A DNA stretch of 64,000 nucleotides from Armatimonadota bacterium (GTDB lineage: Bacteria; Armatimonadota; Zipacnadia; Zipacnadales; JABUFB01). Positions 47,140 through 57,643 of the stretch are shown here, piece by piece (the stretch's first letter is position 1; the number at the start of each line of letters is the position of its first letter). The notes beneath the pieces are model-generated. The model saw only the letters and a list, made by a program, of their open reading frames with translations, had not been told where the DNA came from and made no database searches. Location of the stretch: the NCBI GenBank assembly GCA_013314775.1, contig JABUFB010000019.1, positions 3,189-67,188 on the forward strand, given 5' to 3'. Made by a program: the position numbers and the translations under genes.

Positions 47140-49239
47140 CTACACTCCCCACGCTCTGCGAAGCGCCCAGTCCAGACCCAGCAGTCCGGCTAGGATGCAC
47201 AGCACCCAGCCCTCACGCAGGGGATTGCGGCGCGTCTCGCGCGAGACCTCCTGCACGGGTGCCTGCAGGGCCCCGGCCAGCGTCTCTTCCTGACCTGGTG
47301 AAGCCACGACGCCCCCGGTCTGCTTCGCGAGAGCCTCCAGCAGGGCCCGGTTGGGCTGCGAGACCGCAAGTTCAATCTCCGAGGGCACAAAGCGGGTCCG
47401 TGCGCTGTCTGTGCCCAGATCGCGCCCGGAGAGAACAGCTGACACGGACGCGGTGATCTCGCCGGGAATTGGGCCTGGAATGAACGCCTGGTAGCGTCCC
47501 GGGAATTGCGGGTCGGGTGCGCAGGTGAAGCGACCTTTCTCGCCTGCCAATTGGGTTCGCGCGATCACCTCGGCGCCATCCACCGGGAGCCCGGTGGAAT
47601 CGCTCACCTGGACCAGCAGGCGGGCGTGTTCGCCCAAAGGGTAAGCCGCGCGGTCGAACTCGGCCACCACCGGTCGGTCGTCTCGCACTTCGGTGAGCCA
47701 GTCCAGAAGCCCTTCCCACAGTTGCGCGAAGGCCTTCTCGCCCGCATCGGAGTTTCCCGCGGAAAGCACCCAGCGGTGGGTGGAGTTCGTCGAAAGAACA
47801 GCTGCTCTTCCCCGGCCCACGGTGCCCGTGACCAGAAGCGGTGACCCGCCGACAGAGAGCGCCACGGTCGCACCCCTGCGCGGCGAACCCAGGGCATTGC
47901 GTCCGCGCAGGGCGGGCAGGCCGGCGAAATTACCGGCTTCCAGGCCCAGGCTGTCCAAGCCGGAGCCAGCAGCCACGTCAAAGACCTCATCCAGGTATGA
48001 ACCCTGAAACTGTGCCGGAAGCAGTGTGCCCAGCGCCCCAGAAATGGGGGAGCGCGCGCTCAAGGGACCTCCGAGGATCGCGACTCCAGCCCCCGACCCA
48101 ACCAGTTCCGCGATCCTGCCCGCGACAGGCGCAAGAGCGGGCCCGGGCACGTCCTGCAGGATCACCGCGTCGGGGCGCGGGCTTAGTGATGAGACGAGAG
48201 ATGCTTTGCGGAGCGCAGAATCATCGCGCCACCAGTCACTGTCGGCCTTGCGCACCAGGCAGGTGACCTTCAGGTCGCGATCGGCGAGCAGAAGCCGCTT
48301 GATCGCTGCGTACTCGGGGTTCGGCGCGCCCGCAATGAGAAGGATGCGGGTGCGGTCGGGCAGCACCGTCACCAGCGCTGCGCGACTGTTGTTCGCCCCT
48401 GTCACCTCGCCGTCGACCGCCGGCACCCGGAGTTCGTAACGGTACCTCCCCGGCGCGCCGGCCTTCAGGGAGACTTCCACCGCGCCCGGCCTGCCGGTTG
48501 GCACTTGCCGGGTAGCGATCGTGCGGTCTTCGCGGATCACATCCACGGTCAACCGGTCCTCACCGACTCCTTGTGAGCGGACGGTGCCTTTGAGCTCGAA
48601 ACTCGCGCCCTCACGCACCTGTCGGGGCGCCTGTATCGAGGTGACCGCAACGTCGCGCACTGGCCACGGTTTCCCGACCGCCAGGAAATTGAGGGTCAGA
48701 CCCGCGGCCCGAGCGATCCGTGCAACCTCGAGCACACGCGCGGATTCCGTGTCCGCGCCATCGGTGGCGATGAGCACCCGTGCGCCGGGAGCCTCCGCCG
48801 CGATGAAACCCACGGAGGCGGCCAGGTCGGTCCGGTTGCCACTGGCAGAGGCATCGGCCAGGTTGCGAACAGGCCGGATCGACGAAGAGAAGCTATACAG
48901 TGTCGGGGCACTCGGATTCTCGGTCTTGGCGACGCGGCGGAGGACGTCTTCCAGGGAGGTGCGGGCAACGTCCAGCCGAGACGGCCCCTGTCTGTCCGCA
49001 GGCAGGCCCATGCTTGCCGACGTGTCGATCAGTACACGCAGTTCACCAGGCACCCGGACTGTATTGCCTGTGATGACCACCGGATTCCACAGCATCGCCA
49101 GCAGCAGCAGGAGCGAGAGCCCGCGCAGGACGGTGAGGATGACCCGTCGCGACGCGGGCTCGCAAGCCAGTCGGCGCAAGGAGACGACGAGCGCCGCCAG
49201 GACCAGCAGGCCGGCAATTCCGGCGGCAATCCAGTGCAT
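47140..49239 (-). CDS. Membrane protein with vWA (MIDAS), Ig-like and glutamine-amidotransferase-like domains
   Basis: LIDTSASM, TDL, ATDG; E...ANN; GRGRAAV..T.RW; C-terminal TM ending DWALRRAWGV. Confidence 0.75.
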   Translation of the reverse strand: MHWIAAGIAGLLVLAALVVSLRRLACEPASRRVILTVLRGLSLLLLLAMLWNPVVITGNTVRVPGELRVLIDTSASMGLPADRQGPSRLDVARTSLEDVLRRVAKTENPSAPTLYSFSSSIRPVRNLADASASGNRTDLAASVGFIAAEAPGARVLIATDGADTESARVLEVARIARAAGLTLNFLAVGKPWPVRDVAVTSIQAPRQVREGASFELKGTVRSQGVGEDRLTVDVIREDRTIATRQVPTGRPGAVEVSLKAGAPGRYRYELRVPAVDGEVTGANNSRAALVTVLPDRTRILLIAGAPNPEYAAIKRLLLADRDLKVTCLVRKADSDWWRDDSALRKASLVSSLSPRPDAVILQDVPGPALAPVAGRIAELVGSGAGVAILGGPLSARSPISGALGTLLPAQFQGSYLDEVFDVAAGSGLDSLGLEAGNFAGLPALRGRNALGSPRRGATVALSVGGSPLLVTGTVGRGRAAVLSTNSTHRWVLSAGNSDAGEKAFAQLWEGLLDWLTEVRDDRPVVAEFDRAAYPLGEHARLLVQVSDSTGLPVDGAEVIARTQLAGEKGRFTCAPDPQFPGRYQAFIPGPIPGEITASVSAVLSGRDLGTDSARTRFVPSEIELAVSQPNRALLEALAKQTGGVVASPGQEETLAGALQAPVQEVSRETRRNPLREGWVLCILAGLLGLDWALRRAWGV

Positions 49240-49294
49240 GTTCAGTCCGACGATTCCTCACGTTTCAGACTTGTCTGCCCTCGTTCGCCGGCGG

Positions 49295-50572
49295 TCACTT
49301 GCCCGGAACCGCGAGGTCAGCCAGGAAGTCGGGCGTGATCTTCTTCCCGACCAGGAAGAACTTTCGGTCCGGATGCCACAGCACGTGGTTCCCGCGGCGG
49401 TGGGTCATGCTGGGGTAGACCCCGATATCGGTGCGCTTCAGCGGCCCGATGCCCTGACCGTCGTTGTCCATGAGCTGCTTCGAGCGGCTGAACCAGATGG
49501 GCTGGTCAGCGTCGGGGCGGAACTCGCCGCGCGCGATGAAGGCAGGGCGGCGGTTCTTGCTGGTATCCTCAGGTTGGCAGCCCTGGAAGCGCCCGCTGTT
49601 GTTGTGGTGCAGAAGCACGTACTCGCCGGTAGCGATCTCATAGATCGGGCAGCAGCAAAGCGGTTCAAGGATCGGCGTGCCGTGATCCTTGCGCAGGAGC
49701 GGCCTGGGGTTACACCAGGTCATCCCGTCATCGCTCGACAGGCTGTACCAGATGTACCCGGACATGGTGCGCATCACACAAAAGAGCCGCCCGTCCGGCA
49801 GGCGCACGAGACTGGGCTCCTGGGCGACGCTCAACATGGGGTCGGCATAATGCGGGACCCGTAGGGCTTCGTCGCCCCAGCCGGAGTAACTGATCTGGAT
49901 TTCGCCCGGCTCGGGATCGTCGTCGATGTTCTCGAAGCGCATGAACTCGACCACGGTCTCCCACGAGGTCCACGAATTGCTGTGCATGGGCCATCGCACG
50001 GCCCTGCTCACCCAGCGGCTGAACCCGGTGAACCATCGTCCGCGCAGGTCGCGAATGGGCTTCTGCCAGACGATCCAGTTCGAGGGCACCGAGGTGTCCG
50101 GGTGGTCGTGGGGGCTGCGTTTCAGGGGTATATCGGCCGGCTGCGACCATGTCCTTCCCATGTCGTCGCTATAGCAACCTTCCATGGTCCCCGTGTGCTG
50201 GTGGATAACATCATCGATGCCCTGGTACTGATTCCAGATGGCGTAGATGCGGCCGGATCCCGAAATCAGCGGGAAGCCCCAGCTCGCCATGAAGCCGTCT
50301 CCGGGGCGCTTCGGACCCGCCACGTGGGTGGGTTCGGCCCAGGTCACGCCGTCGTCTTCGGATCTGCTGAACATGATGCGGTGGTCGCCGGCCCCTTCGT
50401 AGCTGCTCTGGGTCCACAGGCACATGAGGGACCCGTCGGGGCCTTCGAACACCAGAAAATGTTCGTTGCCGGTGTCGAAGGTGGATCCATCGACGCTCTT
50501 GGGCACGTAGACCACGTAATCGGGTTCGGTGCGCTGCAGTTCGCGTTGCAGGATATCCTGTGTCGAATCCAT
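49295..50572 (-). CDS. Sialidase-like BNR/Asp-box beta-propeller protein
   Basis: Asp-boxes SEDDGVTW, SDDMGRTW, SSDDGMTW; QEPSLVRLPDGRL..MRT; YPS. Confidence 0.8.
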   Translation of the reverse strand: MDSTQDILQRELQRTEPDYVVYVPKSVDGSTFDTGNEHFLVFEGPDGSLMCLWTQSSYEGAGDHRIMFSRSEDDGVTWAEPTHVAGPKRPGDGFMASWGFPLISGSGRIYAIWNQYQGIDDVIHQHTGTMEGCYSDDMGRTWSQPADIPLKRSPHDHPDTSVPSNWIVWQKPIRDLRGRWFTGFSRWVSRAVRWPMHSNSWTSWETVVEFMRFENIDDDPEPGEIQISYSGWGDEALRVPHYADPMLSVAQEPSLVRLPDGRLFCVMRTMSGYIWYSLSSDDGMTWCNPRPLLRKDHGTPILEPLCCCPIYEIATGEYVLLHHNNSGRFQGCQPEDTSKNRRPAFIARGEFRPDADQPIWFSRSKQLMDNDGQGIGPLKRTDIGVYPSMTHRRGNHVLWHPDRKFFLVGKKITPDFLADLAVPGK

Positions 50573-50658
50573 GGTTCTCCCCGTGTGGATGGCGTCTCGC
50601 GCCAACTCGCCCTGCGCTCAAGCACAGGGCGGGCCTTGCGTCGGTCCTGCGGCGTGCC

Positions 50659-52113
50659 CTAACTCAAGGTTACTGTCGCCGCCGACATGGGCGGCAGTTC
50701 CACCGTGATTTCCTCCGCACACCGGACAGCGCCCCCATCCACGACCCGGACAGCATCGGGCTTGTCGGCGGAATTGACGGCATCGGGCTGGGTGGCGGTG
50801 AGCAGGCGCATCGACCCGCTCGTGGCTTCGCCGGCATGCAGGTACACCGTGACTTCGGCGGATGCATCCAGGCTCAGGTTTGTGACGGAAAGCACCACTC
50901 CGCCGGAACCGTTGTTCCGGCTGGCAGAGGCGCTCACCAGCGCGACGCTCTGCCGCTGGTTGTCCAATGTGAACTCATGCCGGTCCACTTCCACGTCGGT
51001 GCGCACCGCAACGTTGCCCATGTGCGGCTTGTACAGGTCATAGATGTGGTACGTTGGGGTGAGCCACATGGCAGCGCCGTCGGTCTGAATCAGGCATTGC
51101 AGGACGTTGATGAGCTGGGCGATATTGGCCATGGTCACGTATTCGGCGTTGCGGTGGAACACGTCGAAGACCAAGGCGGCTGCGAGTGCATCGCGCAATG
51201 TGTTGGGCTGGTACAGGCCCACGTCGGCCTCGGGGTGCCAGACGCCCCACTCGTCCACCGCGATCCCGATCTGCCGCCCGCGCTCGAAGTGCCCGAGCAA
51301 CTGGGCCAGCCGCCGTATTTGCCCTTCCATGACCAGCGCGGCCGGAAACAGCCCGTAGTACTGCTCTTCGCTGAATCCGGTTCCCGGGCCGCACTTGTAG
51401 TAATGGTGTATGGAGTGGTGGTCGACGAGATCGATGCGCTTCAGGGTGTTGAAGAACGCCAGGTCCCATTCGGCGTTGAAGCCGCAGGAGATGAGCTGGA
51501 TTTCGGGGTCGATGCGCCGCAGATAGCTGGCGAACCGGCGGTACTCCCGGGCGTAATGGTCCGCGTCATAGTGCCCGCCGCAGCCCCAGTTTTCATTGCC
51601 GATGCCCCAGTATTTCACCTTGTAGGGCGCCGGGTGCCCATTGGCGGCGCGCTCCTGCGCCAGAGTGGTCGTGCCCTCGTAGTTGCAGTATTCCAGCCAC
51701 TGCATCATCTCGCGCGGGTTGCCGGAGCCCACGTTCCCGCAGATGTAGGGCTCGGCGCCAATCGCCCGACAAAAGCGAATGAACTCGTCGGTGCCGAATT
51801 GGTTGTCCTCTTCGCGGTTCCACCAGACATTGATTCGCCGGGGCCTTTGATCGCGCGGCCCGATTCCGTCGCGCCAGTCGTAAGCGTCGGCGAAGCAGCC
51901 TCCAGGCCAACGCACCACCGGCGGCTGGAGGGGCTTGAGCGCCTCAACGACGTCCTTGCGGATCCCTCGGTCGTTGGGGATCGCGCTCGTCTCGCCGACC
52001 CACGTGCCCTCGTCGATGCAGCGGCCGAGGTGCTCGGCGAAATGCCCATACACGTTGGGGTTGATGCGGCCCAGGGGTTCATCCAGACGGACGGTGACCG
52101 TGGCGGTGAGCAT
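50659..52113 (-). CDS. GH51 alpha-L-arabinofuranosidase
   Basis: YGHFAEHLGRCI, RWPGGCFAD.Y.WRDGIGP, WGIGNENWGCGG, VDEWGVW, MANIAQLINVLQ. Confidence 0.95.
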   Translation of the reverse strand: MLTATVTVRLDEPLGRINPNVYGHFAEHLGRCIDEGTWVGETSAIPNDRGIRKDVVEALKPLQPPVVRWPGGCFADAYDWRDGIGPRDQRPRRINVWWNREEDNQFGTDEFIRFCRAIGAEPYICGNVGSGNPREMMQWLEYCNYEGTTTLAQERAANGHPAPYKVKYWGIGNENWGCGGHYDADHYAREYRRFASYLRRIDPEIQLISCGFNAEWDLAFFNTLKRIDLVDHHSIHHYYKCGPGTGFSEEQYYGLFPAALVMEGQIRRLAQLLGHFERGRQIGIAVDEWGVWHPEADVGLYQPNTLRDALAAALVFDVFHRNAEYVTMANIAQLINVLQCLIQTDGAAMWLTPTYHIYDLYKPHMGNVAVRTDVEVDRHEFTLDNQRQSVALVSASASRNNGSGGVVLSVTNLSLDASAEVTVYLHAGEATSGSMRLLTATQPDAVNSADKPDAVRVVDGGAVRCAEEITVELPPMSAATVTLS

Positions 52114-52298
52114 GGCGGTTCAGACTCCCTCGGTAGAGGTTCTCGGCCCATGACAATTCACCCTCAAGAAACCGCGGACCTTCATGAAGGAATTCTCAAG
52201 ATCAGCAGGAAATGTTCAGCGTGAACCCCCGACGGACGCCGCCGTGGGGCGCCCCGGGAGGGAACCCATTCTCATTACGAAGAAGGAGGACCAGATCC

Positions 52299-52931
52299 AT
52301 GCGACGTGGCTTCACCCTGATTGAGCTGCTCGTTGTGATTGCGATTATCGCGATTCTAGCAGCGATTCTATTCCCGGTGTTCGCCAGAGCCCGTGAGAAG
52401 GCCCGGCAGGCAAGCTGTTCGAGCAACCTGAAACAGATTGGTCTTGCGGCGCTGATGTACGTGCAGGACTACGACGAGCGGACGCCCTGGATGCGTCTCA
52501 CCAACCCGCCTGCCGATATGTGCCCGTACGCTCCGAACAACGGCTCGCCCTGCTACACCTGCTGGTCCGAGCACATCACGCCCTATGTAAAGAACGACCA
52601 GCTCTTCAACTGTCCTTCGAGCAACCGTTACCGCGCCCCGAATACTCGCGGTTCCATCTGTATGTCCTACGGCTGGAGCTGCCACATTGACAACATGAAG
52701 CTCGGATCCATCTACAGACCCGCAGAAACCCTTATGGCAATCGATGCGGACTGCCACTGGGTCAACGGCGACTGCAGCAGTCATGCGCGCGGTGAGCTTC
52801 ACGGTAAGAACGAGCTGTATCGCACTGCTCCGCTGCACAATGATGGTTCCAACATCGCCTTCGCCGACGGCCATGTGAAGTGGATGGGCGCCACCGCCAT
52901 CATGCCCGCCATGTGGCACAACACGCCCTAG
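52299..52931 (+). CDS. Prepilin-type N-methylation / DUF1559 / H-X9-DG protein
   Basis: [70 protein letters not shown]. Confidence 0.9.
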   Translation: MRRGFTLIELLVVIAIIAILAAILFPVFARAREKARQASCSSNLKQIGLAALMYVQDYDERTPWMRLTNPPADMCPYAPNNGSPCYTCWSEHITPYVKNDQLFNCPSSNRYRAPNTRGSICMSYGWSCHIDNMKLGSIYRPAETLMAIDADCHWVNGDCSSHARGELHGKNELYRTAPLHNDGSNIAFADGHVKWMGATAIMPAMWHNTP

Positions 52932-53013
52932 GAGAACAATTCGCGGACAGCCACTCCGGGCGCCTCGTGGAGACCAATCCGCGGGGCGCTCTTCGTCACT
53001 GGAGGCCGGGAAC

Positions 53014-54807
53014 ATGTTGCGACAGACAAGACTGTTTGCATTGTTCGCGGCAATTATCACCACGACAGGCTGCGTCGAGCCGGCCTGCGAGGTGCTGCTC
53101 GTGCGCAGCGAAGACTCTTCGGCGTCCAACTGGGGCGCTCTGCCGGGGTTCATGTCCCGGACCGCCCGCGTGGAGATGCGCGAGGACGGCCGCCTGCCCG
53201 AAGGCGACCTGCACCAGTACAGGCTTATCGCGCTGAGCACCAATCTCAACGTCTACCGGGAGGACCGGCGGCGGCTGTGGGAGTTCGCCAATCGCGGCGG
53301 CATCCTGGTCACCTGGTTCGCTGATGACGTGCGCAGCGAGGCCACCTTCTGGCCGTACCGGCTGGTGCTTGGTGATCGTGACCCCGATCAGGTGACCTTC
53401 CGCGATGATCCCCACCCACTCCTGGACGGACTGCGCGGGAAGGCTTTCAGTGGCCAGATGTGCGGGGGCGATGTGGTGCGTGACTGGGATCGCGAGCACT
53501 GGCGAGTACTGGCAGAGAGCCCCGACGGGCCGGCGCTCCTGGTTGCTGCATACGGCGCGGGACATCTCGTCGCCGCACAGTTCCACGCACCACTCTCCGC
53601 GCGGGAGGAACTGGCGCGTCCGCTTGCCGACAATCTTCTGAAATGGGCGGGCGTGAAGCAGGTGGCGGCGGAGGACCTGGCTGCTCGCGCGGACCTGGAG
53701 GTTCTCACAGCACTGGCCCGCCGGCAGATAAGGGAGTTGGGGGCCGGCGAGTGGAAGCGCGGTTCGTGGGATGATGTGAGCAAGTCCCGCCCGGTACGGG
53801 GCATCTCGTGGTCTTACCCGCGGGGCGTCACGCTCTACGGGCTGCTGAAGCTGAGCGAATCGGGTGGGGGAGAGGAGTGGGGGCAGTTCGTGCTGCGCCA
53901 CAACGAACTGGTGGCGAAACAGTGGGACTGGCTCACGTGGCAGATGGAGACATTCGGCCGCCGCACACCGGCCCAGGGCATCGAGGAACTCATGCGCCTG
54001 AGCAGCCTGGACGACTGCGGATCAATGGGGAGCCAGGTGCTCGAGGGGCTTCTCGCGCACGGGGCCACTGCGTCCCCCGAGATGACCCGGATGCTGCAGC
54101 GCATTGCCGACTACATTCACACGCGACAGTCACGCCTGCCGGATGGGACTCTCTGCCGCGGCCGCACGCTGTGGATCGACGACCTGTATATGAGCGTCCC
54201 CTTCCTGGCGCGCTGGGGCACTTACTCGGGCAAGCCCGAGTACTGGGATGACGCCGCGCAGCAGATCATCAAGTTCGCCTCGCGCCTGCAGGACGAGGAT
54301 GGGCTGTGGTATCACGGGTGGTTCGACCGCGAGCAGCGGCATTCGCGGTACAAGTGGGGCAGAGGAAACGGTTGGGCGGTGCTGGCGCAGGTGGAACTGC
54401 TGGGTCAATTACCGGCAGATCACCCGGCCCGCAAGAAGCTGCTAAGTATCCTGGAAAGGCACCTGAAGGGTATCGCGCAGCACCAGGCGCAATCGGGGAT
54501 GTGGCGGCAGATCGTGGACATGCCCGAACTGTGGGAAGAGACCTCCTGCACTGGGATGTTCGCATACGCTCTGGGGCGGTCGAGGCGGGAAGGGTGGATC
54601 GATTGGGACGGCAAGGCCGTTGCGCGGAAGGCCTTCGATGCGCTCAAGACAAAGGTGCTATGGGACGGTTCGGTTACGGACACATGTGTGGGAACCGGGG
54701 TCAACAACAGCCTGGACTACTACAGGGAGCGCCCCCGGACGCTGAATGATCCGCATGGCCCCGGGCCGGTGCTGCTTGCGGGGGCAGAACTGCTTCGGGA
54801 GGAGTGA
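53014..54807 (+). CDS. GH88/GH105 unsaturated (rhamno)galacturonyl hydrolase with an N-terminal accessory domain, possibly a lipoprotein
   Basis: WSYPRGV, LDDCG, LWIDDLYM..PFL, WGRGNGW, ETSCTGMF.Y; N-terminus TTGC. Confidence 0.85.
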   Translation: MLRQTRLFALFAAIITTTGCVEPACEVLLVRSEDSSASNWGALPGFMSRTARVEMREDGRLPEGDLHQYRLIALSTNLNVYREDRRRLWEFANRGGILVTWFADDVRSEATFWPYRLVLGDRDPDQVTFRDDPHPLLDGLRGKAFSGQMCGGDVVRDWDREHWRVLAESPDGPALLVAAYGAGHLVAAQFHAPLSAREELARPLADNLLKWAGVKQVAAEDLAARADLEVLTALARRQIRELGAGEWKRGSWDDVSKSRPVRGISWSYPRGVTLYGLLKLSESGGGEEWGQFVLRHNELVAKQWDWLTWQMETFGRRTPAQGIEELMRLSSLDDCGSMGSQVLEGLLAHGATASPEMTRMLQRIADYIHTRQSRLPDGTLCRGRTLWIDDLYMSVPFLARWGTYSGKPEYWDDAAQQIIKFASRLQDEDGLWYHGWFDREQRHSRYKWGRGNGWAVLAQVELLGQLPADHPARKKLLSILERHLKGIAQHQAQSGMWRQIVDMPELWEETSCTGMFAYALGRSRREGWIDWDGKAVARKAFDALKTKVLWDGSVTDTCVGTGVNNSLDYYRERPRTLNDPHGPGPVLLAGAELLREE

Positions 54808-54816
54808 TGGGCTGCT

Positions 54817-54968
54817 CTGTCGCCCCTTGCGGGGGCTCAGAGGGCAGCCCGGGGCCGATCCCAGGGGTTCCGGTCCGCTTCGCGGCCTCCACCCCCTGGC
54901 TATAGGCGGACGGCCCCTCCGGGGCCTTACGACAAGATGCGGTGCTGACTTGTCCCCTACGGGGCCTT
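54817..54968. repeat. REP-like palindromic element between convergent genes
   Basis: CTGTCGCCCCTTGCGGGGGCTC; CCCAGGGGTTCCG..CGCTTCGC..CTCCACCCCCTGGCTAT (similar to 45147-45186); CCCCT(C/A)CGGGGCCTTACGA twice. Confidence 0.65.
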
Positions 54969-55006
54969 ACGATAGAGACGGGGCAGCGTCGACCGGGCCT
55001 GCGCGG

Positions 55007-56788
55007 CTATTCGCTCTCCCCGTCACTCAGCGGCAAGATGAACCCGAACCTCGCGCCGCCTTCGGGCCGGTTTTCGGCGAAAACGCTGCCACCATGGGCA
55101 GCAATGATCTCCCGCGCAATCGCCAGACCAAGCCCGGCGCCGGTGTCCGCAGGTCCCCGCGACTTGTCCACCTTGTGGAAACGCTCCCAGATGTGCGCAA
55201 GATGCTCCGGGGGCACGCCGGGGCCATCGTCTTCCACCAGTACGCGGACCTGCGCCGGTGAGGGTCTACCCAACTGTTCTACCGAGACCCGCACTTTGCC
55301 GGCCGGGGGGGAATGTCGTATCGCGTTGTCCACGAGATTGATGACCACCCGCACCAGGCGGTCGCCGTCGGCTCGCACAGTAAGCGGGTCCGGCCGCTGG
55401 TAGTCGAGTTCGACGGAAGCTGCACTCGCGACGGGAGCCAGTGCGTCCACCGCTGCGCTGACCACTCCGCCGATGTCCAGATCGTCTGGTTCGAAGGTCA
55501 CGACCCCGGCCTGCAGGCGGGACAGGTCCAACAGCTGATCCACCAGCTTCCGCATGAGGTCGGCCTGGTCCGAGGCCACGCGTACACAGCGCTGTCGCTC
55601 CTCTTCGGTCTCGGCGGTACCGTCAGCCAGGGCTCCCAGGTAGCCGCGGATTGAGGTCAGCGGTGCCCGCAGTTCGTGGGATGCATTGGCCACGAACTCA
55701 CGCCGCAGTCGCTCGAGGCGCTCGGTCTCGGTGATGTCGGTGATGACCACCACTGCACCGCCAGCGGCCGCACTGATCCTGGCGCCGCGCAGGCGCAGGA
55801 TGCGTTCCCCTCGCTCCATGTCCCGTGCGAAGCTCTCGCTTTCGCCCTCGAGCAGCAGTTCCACGTCCGCCAGCACGTCTTCAGGCAGGTCCAGGTCAGC
55901 AAGGGCGGCCTCGTCCGGAAGCTCGGGCAGCTCAAGCAGCTTTCGGGCGCCATCATTGAGCATGACGAGTGATCCGTCGGAAGACAGGCCGACCACGCCC
56001 TCGTGCATGCTGGCAAGGATGTCCGCGAGCTGCTCGCGCTCCCGGGACAGGTCAGCAAAGGCCGTTGCGAGCGCGTCGGTCATGTGGTTCAGGCTGGCTG
56101 CCACGGTGCGCAGTTCTATTGGCCCCTGCCGGCGAACGCGGGTTGTGAAGTCTCCCTCTGCGAGGTCCGAGGCGGCGCGAGCCACTTCAGCGAGGGGACG
56201 AGCGATGGAACGGCTGGCCATTGCAGCCAGCACGAGGGCGAGGATGGCCGCAGCTGCGCCGGATGCGGCAAAAAGGCCCGTTGCGGTGCGAAGGGTGGTT
56301 TCGACTTCCCGCAGGGGCCGACGGAGAATCAGGGATCCACGAACGGTGTTTTCGCCGGGGCTACGGATAGGCGCTGTAACGGAGATAACCGGTCCGGGGT
56401 AGCAGTAACTGCGGGTACGGTCAATACTGGAGCACGTGCCGGCTGCGTAGAGAAGCTCGTCCATGTCTGGTCCCGAGCCGGCGCCGGGCTTCAGGTCGCT
56501 GCTGGCGATGAGGCCCTCGCGCTCCTGGTCGAACACGCAGACTCGACCGCCCAGGGTGAGGCTTGCGGTGCGGGCGATCATGCCGATCTGCTCGCTTCGG
56601 TCCGGGTCGTCCATGAGACGCGCGATGTCCGCCGCCATGTCATCGGCCGCCGCGGCCAGGGCCTCGCGCGTCTGCGTCACGTAATAGTGGCGGAACAGGC
56701 GCGTGGATAGGAGGCCGACCAGGGACAGGGCGACCACGGCCACCAGAAGGTGGGTGGTGAGCAGCCGGGAGTAGAGGCTACTGAACAT
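55007..56788 (-). CDS. Sensor histidine kinase (HAMP-PAS-HisKA-HATPase; WalK/PhoR/ResE-like)
   Basis: Two TMs, FVANASHELRAPLT, NLVDNAIRH, DDGPG, RFHKVDKSR, GAGLGLAI. Confidence 0.95.
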   Translation of the reverse strand: MFSSLYSRLLTTHLLVAVVALSLVGLLSTRLFRHYYVTQTREALAAAADDMAADIARLMDDPDRSEQIGMIARTASLTLGGRVCVFDQEREGLIASSDLKPGAGSGPDMDELLYAAGTCSSIDRTRSYCYPGPVISVTAPIRSPGENTVRGSLILRRPLREVETTLRTATGLFAASGAAAAILALVLAAMASRSIARPLAEVARAASDLAEGDFTTRVRRQGPIELRTVAASLNHMTDALATAFADLSREREQLADILASMHEGVVGLSSDGSLVMLNDGARKLLELPELPDEAALADLDLPEDVLADVELLLEGESESFARDMERGERILRLRGARISAAAGGAVVVITDITETERLERLRREFVANASHELRAPLTSIRGYLGALADGTAETEEERQRCVRVASDQADLMRKLVDQLLDLSRLQAGVVTFEPDDLDIGGVVSAAVDALAPVASAASVELDYQRPDPLTVRADGDRLVRVVINLVDNAIRHSPPAGKVRVSVEQLGRPSPAQVRVLVEDDGPGVPPEHLAHIWERFHKVDKSRGPADTGAGLGLAIAREIIAAHGGSVFAENRPEGGARFGFILPLSDGESE

Positions 56789-56821
56789 GCGCGGGGCTGG
56801 ATCGGGCGAGCCCGTCCCGGC

Positions 56822-57532
56822 TCACTCAGCCTCCTCTTCCCCCTCGGACTGGCACAGGAAGCGATACCCGGTGCCCCAGACTGTCTCGATCACGCAGCGG
56901 GTCATGCCGGCATCCTTGAGTTTCTGCCGCGCGCGCTTGATGTGGGTGTCTACGGTGCGGTAGTCGCCGTAGTCCGCATCATATCCCCAGACCTCCTGCA
57001 TGATCTTCTGGCGAGAGAAAACAATGCGGGGCCTGCGCGCGATGAGCAGCACGATATCGAACTCGTGGGGAGTCAATGCCACTTCCACACCGTTGACCCG
57101 TACCTCTCGCGTGGCGGGGTCGATCTCGAAATCACCCATACGCACGGCTTCGGTGGTCTGCTGGGGCGTGGGTCTGGAGCGCCGGAGCACCGCTTCCACC
57201 CGGGCGACCACTTCCCGCGGATTGAAAGGCTTGGTGATGTAGTCATCCGCGCCCATTTGCAGGCCGATGATGGGGTCCACTTCGTCATCGCGGGCAGACA
57301 CGAAGATGATCGGCACATTGTGCCTCTGGCGCACCGCCTGGCAGACCTCGTACCCGTCCATACCGGGCAGCATGATGTCCAGCAGGACGAGATCGGGCTT
57401 GCGCTTGTCCAGCGCCTCGAGACAGGCCGGACCTGTATCCGCGGTGCGGACGGTGTACTGGGCCTTCTCCAGGTACATTTTCAGCAGATCAACAACACCC
57501 GGATCGTCGTCGACGATAAGGACTTCCGGCAT
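56822..57532 (-). CDS. OmpR-family response regulator
   Basis: VLIVDDD, LLDIMLPGMDG, GADDYITKPF, RTVDTHIKR, TVWGTGY. Confidence 0.95.
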   Translation of the reverse strand: MPEVLIVDDDPGVVDLLKMYLEKAQYTVRTADTGPACLEALDKRKPDLVLLDIMLPGMDGYEVCQAVRQRHNVPIIFVSARDDEVDPIIGLQMGADDYITKPFNPREVVARVEAVLRRSRPTPQQTTEAVRMGDFEIDPATREVRVNGVEVALTPHEFDIVLLIARRPRIVFSRQKIMQEVWGYDADYGDYRTVDTHIKRARQKLKDAGMTRCVIETVWGTGYRFLCQSEGEEEAE

Positions 57533-57643
57533 GTATGTATCACCCCGTATCACTAACGCCGGGTGCAGGGCCGTTTGCTCCCGGCAGGATAACACACCTC
57601 TGCCCGGGAACGTTACCCGAAACCGACACCCGGAGGCAAAAAG

